The notes: generated from the letters alone by a model not told the origin. DNA of 64,000 nt from Clostridiales bacterium (GCA_012519845.1 JAAYPK010000109.1:1765-65764), one strand, 5' to 3'. Positions 9,445 to 20,482 are shown, numbered from the stretch's first letter. Numbers and translations: made by a program.

Positions 9445-10365
9445 ATGAATAATAAACATTTAATAGATCCAATGGATTTATCAATTGGTGAAATAGATGA
9501 GATTTTTAATTTAGCTTATAATATTATAAATAACCCTAAAGAGTATTCGAAAATTTGTGATGGTAAAATATTAGCAACTCTTTTTTATGAACCTAGTACA
9601 AGAACTAGATTTAGTTTTGAAGCTGCAATGATGAGATTAGGTGGAAAGGTTTTGGGATTTTCTGAACCTAATTCAAGTTCAACTTCTAAAGGTGAAACAT
9701 TAGCCGATACCATTAGAATGGTAGCAATATATACAGATATTATTGCAATGAGACATCCATTAGAAGGATCAGCAAGAGTTGCAAGTAAATTTTCAACTGT
9801 TCCAATAATTAATGCTGGAGATGGTGGACATCAGCATCCAACTCAAACTTTGGCAGATTTATTAACAATAGATAGACTAAAAAAGGGATTGGTAGGACAT
9901 ACAATAGGTTTATGTGGAGATCTTAAATATGGCAGAACAGTTCACTCCTTAATAAAAGCAATGTCAAGATATAAAGGAACAAAATTTGTGTTAATTTCTC
10001 CTAAAGAATTAAGAGTTCCTAAATACATAAAGGAAGAGTTTATTGAAAAAAATAACATAGAGTATGTGGAAGTTGAAAAGCTTGAAGATGTTATAGAAAC
10101 TTTAGATATTTTATATATGACTAGAATTCAAAGGGAACGTTTCTTTAATGAAGAAGAATATTTAAGACTAAAAGATAGTTACATATTAAATGAGGAAAAA
10201 ATGAAAAAAGCTAAGGAAGATATGATAGTATTACATCCACTTCCAAGATTAAATGAAATTGATATGAAGGTAGATAATGATCCAAGAGCATCATATTTTA
10301 CTCAAGCTGAAAATGGAATGTATGTTAGAATGGCACTTATATGCAAACTTTTGGGGGTGTGTTAA
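9445..10365 (+). CDS. pyrB: Aspartate carbamoyltransferase catalytic subunit
   Basis: [29 protein letters not shown]. Confidence 0.97.
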   Translation: MNNKHLIDPMDLSIGEIDEIFNLAYNIINNPKEYSKICDGKILATLFYEPSTRTRFSFEAAMMRLGGKVLGFSEPNSSSTSKGETLADTIRMVAIYTDIIAMRHPLEGSARVASKFSTVPIINAGDGGHQHPTQTLADLLTIDRLKKGLVGHTIGLCGDLKYGRTVHSLIKAMSRYKGTKFVLISPKELRVPKYIKEEFIEKNNIEYVEVEKLEDVIETLDILYMTRIQRERFFNEEEYLRLKDSYILNEEKMKKAKEDMIVLHPLPRLNEIDMKVDNDPRASYFTQAENGMYVRMALICKLLGVC

Positions 10366-10803
10366 ATGTTAGAGATAACTAGTATAAAAAATGGTCTCGT
10401 AATAGATCATATAGAAGCAGGTATGGGCATTAAAATATTTAATTATTTACATTTAGATAAATCAGATTATAGAGTAGCTTTGATTATTAACGCTGAAAGT
10501 AAGTTGCTTGGTAAAAAAGATATAATAAAGATTGAAAAGGATAATTTTGAAGATATTGATTATACTGTATTAGGATTATTATCACCTAGTATAACAATAG
10601 ATGAAGTGTGTAATGAAAAAATAATTAAAAAGATTAAACCTAAGCTTCCTACAAAAGTTACTAATATACTAATTTGTAAGAATCCAAGATGTATTACAGG
10701 AGTAGAGAAATATGTTCCCCATTCATTTATATTAATGGACGCTGAAAAAGGTACATATAGATGTGAATATTGTGATGAAATAACAAAGTTGTCAGAGGTT
10801 TAA
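10366..10803 (+). CDS. pyrI: Aspartate carbamoyltransferase regulatory subunit
   Basis: [19 protein letters not shown], Zn ligands CKNPRC and CEYC. Confidence 0.95.
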   Translation: MLEITSIKNGLVIDHIEAGMGIKIFNYLHLDKSDYRVALIINAESKLLGKKDIIKIEKDNFEDIDYTVLGLLSPSITIDEVCNEKIIKKIKPKLPTKVTNILICKNPRCITGVEKYVPHSFILMDAEKGTYRCEYCDEITKLSEV

Positions 10804-10821
10804 CATAAGGTAGGTGTAAAT

Positions 10822-12018
10822 ATGAATTTATTAATTAAAAATGCCAATATTGTAGATGCAACTCAAAGTTTCTTAGGAGATATTTTAATTATTGATGGAT
10901 ATATTAAAGAAGTTAGTACTTCAATTAATAATGATGATGTAGAAATATTAGATGCCAAAGGGTTAACTGTAATGCCATCTTTTATTGATACTCATGCACA
11001 TTTTAGGGAACCAGGGTTAACTTGGAAAGAAGATATAGAAACAGGTTCTAAAGCAGCAGTTAAAGGAGGATATACTGGAGTTTGCTTAATGGCAAATACT
11101 AATCCAATATGTTCTACTAAAGAAGTTTTAGATGAAGTAAGAAGTAAAGCAAGAAAAATTGGTCTTATTGATGTTCAGCAATGTGTTTCAGTTACTAAGA
11201 ACTTTGATGGGAAAACTTTAACTCATTTAGATGAGCTTAAAAATGATAGTGAAATTGCCGCAATATCAGATGATGGTGTAGGAGTATCAAATAGCAGAAT
11301 TATGTATGAAGCATTATTAAAAGCTAAAGAATATGGATGGGTAGTAATGTCCCATGCAGAAGATGCTAGTTTCTCAGACCTTGATATGAGAGTTGCAGAA
11401 GATTTAATGACTTGGAGAGATATAGAAATGTGTAAGCTAACAGGAGGCAGATTACACATGTGTCATGTATCAACAATACATTCAATGAAATATATTATTG
11501 ATGGGAAAATAGCAGGAGCAAATTTAACTTGTGAAGTAACACCACATCATATTGCACTAACTAGAGATATAAATGATTATAGAGTAAATCCTCCAATAAG
11601 AGAAAAAGAAGATGTGGAGTATTTAATTAATGCAATAAAATCAGGAATGGTTGATTGTATAGGTACAGATCACGCACCACATACAATAGAAGAAAAGAAA
11701 AAAGGTTCACCAGGTATGGTTGGATTAGAGACAGCTTTTCCTATTTGTTATACTACCCTTGTAAGGGAAAATAATGTATCATTAAATAGATTAAGTGAAT
11801 TAATGTCTAAAACTCCAGCACAAATACTTAAAATGAATAAAGGAACAATATCTATAGGAATGGATGGAGATTTAGTTCTAGTAGACCTAAATAAGTTAAT
11901 AAAAGTTAATAAAGAAAACTTTGCCTCAAAGGGAAGAAATACACCTTTTGAAGGTATGGAGTTTTATGGAGAAGTTCAAATGACTATTAAAGGCGGAAAA
12001 ATAGTTTATAAAAAATAG
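10822..12018 (+). CDS. pyrC: Dihydroorotase
   Basis: [30 protein letters not shown]. Confidence 0.96.
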   Translation: MNLLIKNANIVDATQSFLGDILIIDGYIKEVSTSINNDDVEILDAKGLTVMPSFIDTHAHFREPGLTWKEDIETGSKAAVKGGYTGVCLMANTNPICSTKEVLDEVRSKARKIGLIDVQQCVSVTKNFDGKTLTHLDELKNDSEIAAISDDGVGVSNSRIMYEALLKAKEYGWVVMSHAEDASFSDLDMRVAEDLMTWRDIEMCKLTGGRLHMCHVSTIHSMKYIIDGKIAGANLTCEVTPHHIALTRDINDYRVNPPIREKEDVEYLINAIKSGMVDCIGTDHAPHTIEEKKKGSPGMVGLETAFPICYTTLVRENNVSLNRLSELMSKTPAQILKMNKGTISIGMDGDLVLVDLNKLIKVNKENFASKGRNTPFEGMEFYGEVQMTIKGGKIVYKK

Positions 12019-12030
12019 GAGGATAACTTA

Positions 12031-12903
12031 ATGAATTCAATAATGGATAAACTGTATAATAGAGTTCTTGAGAAAGGTGTGGTATGTGTAGGACTAGATA
12101 CTTCATTAGAATATATACCATCTTTCATAAAGGAAGGGAAAAATAATGAAGATGCAATAGTTGAATTTAACAAGAAAATAATTGATGCAACTATTGATGT
12201 TGCAGCATGTTTTAAGGTTCAAATTGCATATTATGAAGCTTTAGGAATTGAAGGATTATTGGCCTATAAAAGAACTTTAGAATATTTAAGGGAAAGGGAT
12301 GCTATAATTATAGCAGATATAAAAAGAGGAGATATTCAAGCAACAGCAACACAATATGCAAAGGCACATTTTGAAGGGGATTTTGAAGCGGATTTTATTA
12401 CTCTAAGTCCATATATGGGTATGGACAGTATTGAGCCATATATTCCATATATTGAATCAGGTAAGAAAGGAATTTTCAGTCTAGTAAGAACATCTAATAA
12501 AGGGGCTGAAGATATTGAATATTTAGATACTACTTCTGGTGATAAAGTATATACAGTAGTTGGTGATAAACTAATGAAAATTGGAGAAAAGTTTATAGCT
12601 AAATGTGGATATCATCCAATTGGTGGAGTTATAGGATGTACTCATGTTGAAGAAGGAAAAATGCTAAGAAAAAGATTTAATAGCATGTTTTTCTTAATTC
12701 CAGGATATGGTGCACAGGGTGGTAAAGCAGAAGATGTTGCTATGTACTTAAATAACGGAAATGGTGGAGTAGTGAATTCTTCAAGAGGAATTTTACTTGC
12801 TTATAAAAAAGCAAATAGAAAAGAAGAAGATTTTGCTATATGTGCAAGAGAAGAAGCAATAAGAATGAGAGATGAAATAAGAGAAGCTGTTAATAACCTA
12901 TAG
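12031..12903 (+). CDS. pyrF: Orotidine 5'-phosphate decarboxylase (long, subfamily-2 type)
   Basis: VCVGLD, ADIKRGDI, RTSN, LIPGYGAQGG, NSSRGI. Confidence 0.95.
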   Translation: MNSIMDKLYNRVLEKGVVCVGLDTSLEYIPSFIKEGKNNEDAIVEFNKKIIDATIDVAACFKVQIAYYEALGIEGLLAYKRTLEYLRERDAIIIADIKRGDIQATATQYAKAHFEGDFEADFITLSPYMGMDSIEPYIPYIESGKKGIFSLVRTSNKGAEDIEYLDTTSGDKVYTVVGDKLMKIGEKFIAKCGYHPIGGVIGCTHVEEGKMLRKRFNSMFFLIPGYGAQGGKAEDVAMYLNNGNGGVVNSSRGILLAYKKANRKEEDFAICAREEAIRMRDEIREAVNNL

Positions 12904-12913
12904 GAGGAAGAAG

Positions 12914-13657
12914 ATGAAAGCATCATACAGAATGTCTAAGATATTACTTAATGAAAAAGTAACTGAAAATGTTTATAAAATGGTATGCGAAGATGATAGT
13001 GATATTATTCCAGGGCAATTTTATATGTTTAAGTTAAATGGTCAGACGTTATTGCCAAGACCTATAAGTATATGTGAAAAAGAGGGAAATAAATTAGTAT
13101 TCTATTATGCAGTAGTAGGTAAAGGAACAGAAGAATATTCGAAATTAAAACCTTCAGATACAATAAATTTAACGGGACCACTTGGAAATGGATTTAATTT
13201 AAAGGATGATCTTGGAAAAGTTGCTATTGTTGCTGGAGGAATAGGAACTGCACCTATGATAGAAGTTTGTAAAAAGTTAAAAGAAAAGGATAAAAACTCT
13301 ATTGTAGATGTTTATATTGGTTTCAGAGATGAAATATATCTTAAAGAAGAATTCGAAAAATATTCTGATAAAGTTAATATTACAACTAATACAGGTAAGT
13401 ACGGTTATAAAGGTTTTGTAACTGACATATTAAAGCCAGAAGAATATGATACAGTTCTATGTTGTGGGCCTGAAATAATGATGAAAAAAGTAATTGAAAT
13501 GTGTAAAGAAAAAAACACTAAAATATATGTTTCAATGGAAAAACATATGGCATGTGGTGTAGGCGCTTGTTTAGTATGTACATGTAAAACTAAGGATGGA
13601 TTTAAAAGAACATGTAAAGATGGTCCAGTTTTTGATGGATATTATGTAGAATTATAA
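12914..13657 (+). CDS. pyrK: Dihydroorotate dehydrogenase electron transfer subunit
   Basis: PRPISI, GPLGNGF, MACGVGACLVC...CKDGPVF [2Fe-2S] motif. Confidence 0.95.
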   Translation: MKASYRMSKILLNEKVTENVYKMVCEDDSDIIPGQFYMFKLNGQTLLPRPISICEKEGNKLVFYYAVVGKGTEEYSKLKPSDTINLTGPLGNGFNLKDDLGKVAIVAGGIGTAPMIEVCKKLKEKDKNSIVDVYIGFRDEIYLKEEFEKYSDKVNITTNTGKYGYKGFVTDILKPEEYDTVLCCGPEIMMKKVIEMCKEKNTKIYVSMEKHMACGVGACLVCTCKTKDGFKRTCKDGPVFDGYYVEL

Positions 13658-13676
13658 TCAAAGGAGTTGAAGTTAA

Positions 13677-14573
13677 ATGTTAAAGGTAAATATAAATGGT
13701 GTAGATTTTAAAAATCCTGTTATTGCGGCTTCAGGAACCTTTGGTTTTGGATCTGAGTATAATGATTTTTATGATGTTGGAATATTAGGAGGGATATCTT
13801 CAAAAGGATTAACATTAAACCCAAAAGAAGGAAATGAAGGCTTAAGAGTTGTTGAAACAGCTTCTGGAATGATGAATTCTGTAGGATTAAATAATCCTGG
13901 TATAGACAAGTTCATAGAAAATGAATTACCTAAAATGAGTGAATTAGGAACAGTTGTTATAGCTAATGTTGGTGGAGGTTGTTATGAGGACTATGAAACA
14001 GCTGTAGAAAAATTAAATAATAGCAATATAGATTTTATTGAACTTAACATATCTTGTCCTAATGTAAAAGCAGGAGGAATGGCCTATGGAATAAATTCAA
14101 AGGTTGCTTATGATTTTGTTAAGGATATTAAAGGTATAGCTAAAAAGCCTTTAATGGTTAAACTTTCACCAAATGCTGAAAATATTGTTGATATGGCAGT
14201 GAAAGTTCAAGAGGCGGGAGCAGATTCTATTAGTTTAATTAACACTATAAAAGGTATGGCTATAGATGTTTATAAAAGAAAGCCAAGATTTAATAATGTA
14301 TATGCTGGGCTTTCAGGGCCAGCAGTAAAGCCAATAGCATTAAGAATGGTTCATGAAGTGTCTAAAGCAGTTACAATACCAGTAATTGGTCTTGGTGGAA
14401 TTGAAACAGGAAAAGACGCAATAGAATTTATGATGGCAGGAGCAAATGCAATACAAATTGGAACTGTAAACTTCTATAATCCATTAGCAGGTAAAGAGAT
14501 TATAGAAGAAATGGAAAGATTCTGCATTGAACAAGGAATAAAAGATATTAATGAAATTGTAGGAATAATATAA
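13677..14573 (+). CDS. pyrD: Dihydroorotate dehydrogenase family 1B catalytic subunit
   Basis: [30 protein letters not shown]. Confidence 0.96.
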   Translation: MLKVNINGVDFKNPVIAASGTFGFGSEYNDFYDVGILGGISSKGLTLNPKEGNEGLRVVETASGMMNSVGLNNPGIDKFIENELPKMSELGTVVIANVGGGCYEDYETAVEKLNNSNIDFIELNISCPNVKAGGMAYGINSKVAYDFVKDIKGIAKKPLMVKLSPNAENIVDMAVKVQEAGADSISLINTIKGMAIDVYKRKPRFNNVYAGLSGPAVKPIALRMVHEVSKAVTIPVIGLGGIETGKDAIEFMMAGANAIQIGTVNFYNPLAGKEIIEEMERFCIEQGIKDINEIVGII

Positions 14574-14596
14574 AGTAATGTATTGGAGGAAATAAC

Positions 14597-15271
14597 ATGA
14601 AAGCATATAAAAAAGAGTTTATTGAATTTATGATTGAAAGTGGAGTATTAACTTTTGGAGATTTTGTAACTAAAAGTGGTCGTAAAACACCTTTCTTTGT
14701 TAATACAGGAAATTACCAAACTGGAAATGAACTTAAAAAATTAGGTGAATTTTATGCTACAGCAATAAAAGAAAATTTTGGGGATGATTATGACATATTA
14801 TTTGGACCAGCGTATAAAGGTATTCCATTAACTGTTACAACAACAATAGCATTACAAGATAAATATGGTATTGATGCAAAGTATTGCTCAAACAGGAAAG
14901 AAGTAAAGGATCATGGAGATAAAGGTATACTTTTAGGAAGTAAAATTAAAGATGGAGATAAAATCATAATAGTTGAAGATGTTACAACAGCAGGAACTTC
15001 AATATATGAAACTATGCCTATATTAATGGAGCAAGGTAAGGTAGATGTTAAAGGATTAATTATTTCCGTTGATAGAATGGAAAGAGGTAAGGGAGAGAAA
15101 TCTGCCTTAGTTGAAATAAGAGAAAAATATGGATTTAAAACTTGTGCAATAGTTACTATGGCAGAAGTTATAGAATATTTATACAATAAAGAAATTAATG
15201 GAAAAGTAATTATAGATGATGAAATAAAAGGTAGAATAGATGCTTATTACGCAGAGTATGGAGCAAAATAA
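14597..15271 (+). CDS. pyrE: Orotate phosphoribosyltransferase
   Basis: KSGRKTPFF, FGPAYKGIP, NRKEVKDHG, PRPP-binding VEDVTTAGTS. Confidence 0.96.
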   Translation: MKAYKKEFIEFMIESGVLTFGDFVTKSGRKTPFFVNTGNYQTGNELKKLGEFYATAIKENFGDDYDILFGPAYKGIPLTVTTTIALQDKYGIDAKYCSNRKEVKDHGDKGILLGSKIKDGDKIIIVEDVTTAGTSIYETMPILMEQGKVDVKGLIISVDRMERGKGEKSALVEIREKYGFKTCAIVTMAEVIEYLYNKEINGKVIIDDEIKGRIDAYYAEYGAK

Positions 15272-15275
15272 TTTA

Positions 15276-15304
15276 TTGACACCATTTTCTATAAAAGGTA
15301 TAAT
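15276..15304 (+). promoter_or_regulatory. Consensus SigA promoter of pflBA
   Basis: Perfect TTGACA-17 bp-TATAAT. Confidence 0.85.
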
Positions 15305-15310
15305 TAATGT

Positions 15311-15410
15311 AATTAGTCATATGACTGACGGAAGTGGAAATAAACCACATGAAGTATGACTTTATAAGCCGACCGTCTGGGCACAAGAAGCCTAGTCTGT
15401 CGGCTTTTTG
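15311..15410 (+). ncRNA. ZMP/ZTP riboswitch (pfl RNA motif) with intrinsic terminator
   Basis: P1 AGTCATA/TATGACT enclosing GACTGACGGAAGTGG...CCAC. 3' GCCGACCGTCTGGGCA hairpin whose CCGTC can pair with GACGG (pseudoknot). Alternative terminator AAGCCGAC/GTCGGCTT-TTT. Located upstream of pflB. Confidence 0.92.
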
Positions 15411-15436
15411 TATTGTAAAAAGGAGGAAATTTTTTT

Positions 15437-17671
15437 ATGTTTGAACAGTGGAATGGATTCAAGGAAGGAACTTGGACAAAAGGAATTGACGTAAGAAATT
15501 TTATTCAAAAAAATTACAAGCTTTATGAAGGTGATAGTAGCTTCCTAGAAGGTGTTACTGAAAAGACTAAAAATGTATGGGACAAGGCATATGCCTTAAT
15601 TGTTGAAGAAGTTAAAAAAGGTATTATTGATGTTGCAACAGATAGGGTATCAGGTATAGATGCATATGAACCAGGTTATATTGATAAAGACAATGAAGTA
15701 ATTGTTGGACTTCAAACTGATGCACCATTAAAAAGAATTGTAAATCCATTTGGTGGTATGAGAATGGTTAAAAGTTCTTTGGAAGAATATGGTTACAGTC
15801 TTGCACCAGATATTGAAGAACATTTTTCTAAATATAGAAAAACTCATAATGAAGGGGTATTTGATGCATATACAAAAGAAATAAGAAAAGCCAGAACTGC
15901 TGGGTTATTAACAGGATTACCAGATGCTTATGGTAGAGGTAGGATAATTGGTGATTATAGAAGAATAGCCTTATATGGGGTAGATTATTTAATAGAAGAA
16001 AAACAAAAGGATCTTGATTCTGAAGATCTTCATGGAGATATGTTAGATGAATTAGTAAGAAAAAGAGAAGAGGTTTCAGAACAAATAAGAGCACTTAATA
16101 AATTAAAGGCTATGGCATTAAGCTATGGAGTAGACATTTCTAAGCCAGCATCAAATGCAAAAGAAGCAGCACAGGCAGTGTATTTTGGATATTTAGCAGG
16201 TGTAAAAGAAAACAATGGTGCAGCTACTTCATTTGGAAGAACATCAACTTTCTTAGATATATATATTGAAAGAGATATGGAAAACGGAGTATTAGATGAA
16301 AAAGGAGCTCAGGAAATTGTTGATCAATTAATTATAAAGTTAAGACTTGTTAGACATTTAAGAACTCCAGAATACAATGAATTATTTGGTGGGGATCCAA
16401 CTTGGGTTACAGAATCAATTGGAGGTATTGGAATTAATGGTAAGCCATTAGTTACTAAAAATTCATTTAGATATTTACATACTTTAATAAATTTAGGAAC
16501 TTCTGCAGAACCTAATTTAACAGTATTATGGTCTGAAAAATTACCAGAGAACTTTAAGAAGTATTGTGCGGAAATATCTATAAAGACAGATGCAATACAA
16601 TATGAAAATGACGAACTAATGAGACCAGTCCATGGAGATGATTATTCAATAGCATGTTGTGTATCTTCAATGACAACTGGTAAGCAAATGCAATTTTTTG
16701 GAGCAAGATGTAATGTAGCTAAATCATTATTATATGCTATAAATGGGGGCGTAGATGAATTAAAAGGTATTAAGGTTGTTCCGGGAATAGAGCCAATAAA
16801 AGATGAAGTATTAGATTATGATAAAGTTAAAGCTAATTATTACAAGGTATTAGAGTATGTTGCAAAGTTATATGTTGATACAATGAATATTATTCATTGT
16901 ATGCATGACAAATATGCATATGAAGCAGTACAAATGGCATTACATGATACAAATGTTGAAAGATTAATGGCCTTTGGTATAGCAGGCTTATCAGTTGCAA
17001 TAGACTCATTATCAGCAATAAAATACGCAAAGGTAAAACCTATTAGAAATGAAGATGGTATTGCTGTAGATTTTATTACAGAAGGAGACTTCCCTAAGTA
17101 TGGTAATGATGATGATAGAGCTGATGATATTGGGGTAGAGCTTGTTAATAAATTTTCTTCTGAATTAAAAAAACATCCTTTATATAGAAATGCAAAGCAT
17201 ACTTTATCAGTACTTACAATTACATCTAATGTTATGTATGGAAAAAAAACAGGCACAACTCCAGATGGAAGAAAAAAAGGTGAACCATTAGCACCAGGAG
17301 CTAATCCTATGCATGGTAGAGATATAAATGGAGCATTAGCTTCTTTAAATTCTGTAGCTAAAATACCATGGAGAAATGTTTGTCAAGATGGTGTATCTAA
17401 CACATTTTCAATTGTTCCAGATGCTTTAGGAAAAGATTTATCTCAAAGAAAAGATAATTTAGTTAATATTTTAGATGGATATTTTGCTCAAGGGGCTTTT
17501 CATTTAAATGTTAATGTATTAAATAGAGAAACCTTAATAGAAGCTATGGAAAACCCAGAAAAATACCCTACATTAACAATTAGAGTATCTGGATATGCAG
17601 TAAACTTTAACAGGTTAAGTAAGGAACAACAACTTGAGGTTATAAGTAGAACCTTCCATAAAAGTATTTAA
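15437..17671 (+). CDS. pflB: Pyruvate formate-lyase (formate acetyltransferase)
   Basis: [23 protein letters not shown] catalytic Cys pair, glycyl radical loop RVSGYAV. Confidence 0.97.
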   Translation: MFEQWNGFKEGTWTKGIDVRNFIQKNYKLYEGDSSFLEGVTEKTKNVWDKAYALIVEEVKKGIIDVATDRVSGIDAYEPGYIDKDNEVIVGLQTDAPLKRIVNPFGGMRMVKSSLEEYGYSLAPDIEEHFSKYRKTHNEGVFDAYTKEIRKARTAGLLTGLPDAYGRGRIIGDYRRIALYGVDYLIEEKQKDLDSEDLHGDMLDELVRKREEVSEQIRALNKLKAMALSYGVDISKPASNAKEAAQAVYFGYLAGVKENNGAATSFGRTSTFLDIYIERDMENGVLDEKGAQEIVDQLIIKLRLVRHLRTPEYNELFGGDPTWVTESIGGIGINGKPLVTKNSFRYLHTLINLGTSAEPNLTVLWSEKLPENFKKYCAEISIKTDAIQYENDELMRPVHGDDYSIACCVSSMTTGKQMQFFGARCNVAKSLLYAINGGVDELKGIKVVPGIEPIKDEVLDYDKVKANYYKVLEYVAKLYVDTMNIIHCMHDKYAYEAVQMALHDTNVERLMAFGIAGLSVAIDSLSAIKYAKVKPIRNEDGIAVDFITEGDFPKYGNDDDRADDIGVELVNKFSSELKKHPLYRNAKHTLSVLTITSNVMYGKKTGTTPDGRKKGEPLAPGANPMHGRDINGALASLNSVAKIPWRNVCQDGVSNTFSIVPDALGKDLSQRKDNLVNILDGYFAQGAFHLNVNVLNRETLIEAMENPEKYPTLTIRVSGYAVNFNRLSKEQQLEVISRTFHKSI

Positions 17672-17691
17672 TAAATTGTTTTAAAAAAGAG

Positions 17692-17725
17692 TTTAGAGAT
17701 AAATAAGTTTTATCTCTAAATTTTT
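17692..17725 (+). terminator. Hairpin between pflB and pflA (partial terminator or mRNA stabiliser)
   Basis: 12-bp arms TTTAGAGATAAA / TTTATCTCTAAA followed by TTTTT. Confidence 0.6.
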
Positions 17726-17771
17726 CTTTATCTTTATAAAACTTTAATATAAAATAAAGAAAAATGAAAGG

Positions 17772-18485
17772 ATGAAAATAATGACAAAGGGATATATACA
17801 CTCAATTGAAACAATGGGATTAGTTGATGGACCAGGAATAAGGGTTGTTGTCTTTTTTCAAGGATGTGCATTAAGATGTAAGTACTGTCATAATCCAGAT
17901 ACATGGGGAGAAAAGCAAGGAGAAGAATATACAGCTGAAGCTTTAGTTAATAAGGTTTTAAGGTTTAGAACCTACTTTGAAAGAAGTGGTGGAGGTATTA
18001 CTATTTCTGGAGGTGACCCATTAAGACAACCAGAGTTTTTATTAGAAGTATTGAAACTATGTAAAGAAAATGGAATTCATACTTGTATTGATACTGCAGG
18101 ATATGGGCTTGGAGATTATGATGAAATTTTGAAATACACTGATCTTGTATTATTTGACATAAAGCATTACACAAGAGAAGGATATAAAAATGTTACCTTT
18201 ATGGAAATAGATAAATCTTTAGAATTTATAGAAGCTATGAAAAGGAATAATACAAAAATGTGGATAAGACATGTTGTAGTTCCAGGATTAACAGATGGGG
18301 AGGAACATATTAGGGAACTAAATAAGTTTATAAAAACAATCCCCAATGTAGAAAAAATAGAATTATTGCCCTATCATCTATTAGGTGTTAACAAATATGA
18401 GTCTTTAGGAATTGATTATAAACTAAAAGGTGTTGAAGCAATGGATAAAGAAATTTGTGAGGCATATAAAAAATATTTGACATAG
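17772..18485 (+). CDS. pflA: Pyruvate formate-lyase activating enzyme (radical SAM)
   Basis: DGPGIR, CALRCKYCHNPDTW (CxxxCxxC), LLPYH. Confidence 0.96.
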   Translation: MKIMTKGYIHSIETMGLVDGPGIRVVVFFQGCALRCKYCHNPDTWGEKQGEEYTAEALVNKVLRFRTYFERSGGGITISGGDPLRQPEFLLEVLKLCKENGIHTCIDTAGYGLGDYDEILKYTDLVLFDIKHYTREGYKNVTFMEIDKSLEFIEAMKRNNTKMWIRHVVVPGLTDGEEHIRELNKFIKTIPNVEKIELLPYHLLGVNKYESLGIDYKLKGVEAMDKEICEAYKKYLT

Positions 18486-18527
18486 ATATGCCTTAAAAAA
18501 ACTATAATATGGAATGGGGGGATTAAC

Positions 18528-19763
18528 ATGAAGAAATTTCTGATAAGAACATTAATGACCTTTTCAATTATGTTTATTTTTTTCTTTATATGTACTATGA
18601 CAATAGAATACATAAATAAAGATAAAATTAATACGACTTTTAATTTGGAAACTGAAATTGAAGATGGAAAAATTATAGTTCCAGAGGAACCTTTAAAGGT
18701 ACAAGCAAATTACGAATTCACTAAATTCTATTTTTATACAGGACTAGTAGTTTCGTTTTTCATGCCCATTCTATTTTATAAATTTGGTGGGATAGATTTA
18801 GTTAAGAATCTAAATCTTAAGAAAAAAATATTAGAAGGAAGCATTTTATATATATTATATAGGGTGTTTTCAGATATACTGTATTTTCCAAGGATCCTTT
18901 TTGGTTCATATTATAGAGGACATCTATTTGGAATAAGTAATCAAAACTTTTTTGATTTTTTAGAAAACTATTTTTTTAGTGATGGAATAATATTTTTAAT
19001 TATGATACCTATTATTGGGGTTTTGTATTACATATTTATCAGTAGGAAAAATTGGTACAAATTTTTTGCAGTACTATTAATATTATTATCTATAGGCGGT
19101 AATTATTTATATCCTTATTTTGATGAATTCCAAAATGACTTACAAGTAATGGAGGATGGAGAACTAAAAGATAAAATTATAGAAATTGCTAAAGAGGCGG
19201 GGATAGATAATCTAGATATATACGTTATAGAAAAAAGTAAAGAAACTAATAGTCTAAATGCTTATATGACTGGAATATTTAATAGCAGAAGAATTGTTTT
19301 TTGGGATACTACATTAAATGGGCTTTCAGAAAAAGAAATACTGTCTGTAGCAGCTCATGAAATGGGACATTATAAATTAAATCATATTTTACAAGAAACA
19401 ATAATATCTATATTTGGAATAGTGGTATTTCTTTTTGTATTAAATAAAATATTATTAATAAGAAAAGGTGAAAAATATAGAAAAATAGATAATATTCCTT
19501 ACATTTTAGTAACTATGAATATAATAGTATTATTAATTACACCAATAGAAACAGCTTATTCAAGATATAATGAAACTCAGGCAGATAAGTTTGCTATGGA
19601 GGTTACAAATGATGGTTATACAAATGGCATATTAGAAATTAGTTTTATTAATAATAATCTAACACCAGTTAACCCAAAAGGTTTATATAAATGGTTATCT
19701 TATGATCATCCTACTGTAAAGGAAAGAATTGAGATTTGTAATGAATATGAAAATGGAAAATAA
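18528..19763 (+). CDS. M48 family (Ste24-like) membrane metallopeptidase
   Basis: NAYMTG, RIVFWDT, HEMGH, ETQAD, SYDHP, multiple TM segments. Confidence 0.88.
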   Translation: MKKFLIRTLMTFSIMFIFFFICTMTIEYINKDKINTTFNLETEIEDGKIIVPEEPLKVQANYEFTKFYFYTGLVVSFFMPILFYKFGGIDLVKNLNLKKKILEGSILYILYRVFSDILYFPRILFGSYYRGHLFGISNQNFFDFLENYFFSDGIIFLIMIPIIGVLYYIFISRKNWYKFFAVLLILLSIGGNYLYPYFDEFQNDLQVMEDGELKDKIIEIAKEAGIDNLDIYVIEKSKETNSLNAYMTGIFNSRRIVFWDTTLNGLSEKEILSVAAHEMGHYKLNHILQETIISIFGIVVFLFVLNKILLIRKGEKYRKIDNIPYILVTMNIIVLLITPIETAYSRYNETQADKFAMEVTNDGYTNGILEISFINNNLTPVNPKGLYKWLSYDHPTVKERIEICNEYENGK

Positions 19764-19823
19764 AATGATAAAAGTTTTGTGTTCTTCTTGAAATACTCTA
19801 GGTAGACACAAAACTATATCATT
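19764..19823. repeat. ~60-bp palindromic intergenic element, copy 1
   Basis: Arms AATGATAAAAGTTTTGTGT / ACACAAAACTATATCATT with a 23-nt spacer. Arms nearly identical to those at 59487-59548. Confidence 0.7.
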
Positions 19824-19846
19824 ACATCTTTTAATTAAAAGATGTA
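19823..19846. terminator. Perfect palindrome, probable terminator between convergent genes
   Basis: TACATCTTTTAATTAAAAGATGTA. Confidence 0.55.
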
Positions 19847-19870
19847 GATTATCAAATATTTTTATTTAAA

Positions 19871-20482
19871 TTATTTGTTCAATTTTGAGGAAAAGTATCC
19901 TTTTGGGATAAAGCCTTGTTTTAATCCTTCTATAATTAACAAATAAGTTGCAGTAGTATCAAATCTAGCGTCATGATATCCGCCACTTCCGCTGAAAAGT
20001 TCATCAGATTTTTTAGCTATATCATCTTTAGTTATATTTAAAAAATCAATTACTTCTTCTAATTTTGGGTTTTTAATATCCCCATTAGCTTTTTGAATTC
20101 TACATATATTAATATAATATTGCATTGTACAAAAAATATGTTTTGGAGTAAAATCATATCCCATACCTTCTAATTCATGCTTTAAAAATCTAATATCAAA
20201 GTTTACATTATGTCCTATAATGAAATCTGCTTTAACGAAATCTTGAATAAAATCATCCACTAAATCTTCAAAATACATACCATTTGATAGTTCATATAAT
20301 TTTTCCATAGAAAATCCATGAATTGATTCTGCAGCAGGATCCATTTCATCAACAGCAAAAAAAATATTTTTTCCAATTGTTTTTTGTGGCTTTGAAGAAG
20401 CATCAATTTTAATATAACTTAACTGGCAAATATGACCAGGTTTTAAACTAGTTGTTTCTGTGTCAAATATTAAAAGATTCAT
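19871..20482 (-). CDS. DEDDh 3'-5' exonuclease (DnaQ/epsilon-like)
   Basis: FDTETT, GHNVNFD, HDARFD. Start moved to the ATG at 20482 following a GGAGG RBS. Confidence 0.88.
   Translation of the reverse strand: MNLLIFDTETTSLKPGHICQLSYIKIDASSKPQKTIGKNIFFAVDEMDPAAESIHGFSMEKLYELSNGMYFEDLVDDFIQDFVKADFIIGHNVNFDIRFLKHELEGMGYDFTPKHIFCTMQYYINICRIQKANGDIKNPKLEEVIDFLNITKDDIAKKSDELFSGSGGYHDARFDTTATYLLIIEGLKQGFIPKGYFSSKLNK

Noticed and set aside
18528-20482. M48 peptidase plus exonuclease as a defence system
   Set aside because: The genes are convergent and separated by hairpins, both are common stand-alone families, and there is no defence-island context.
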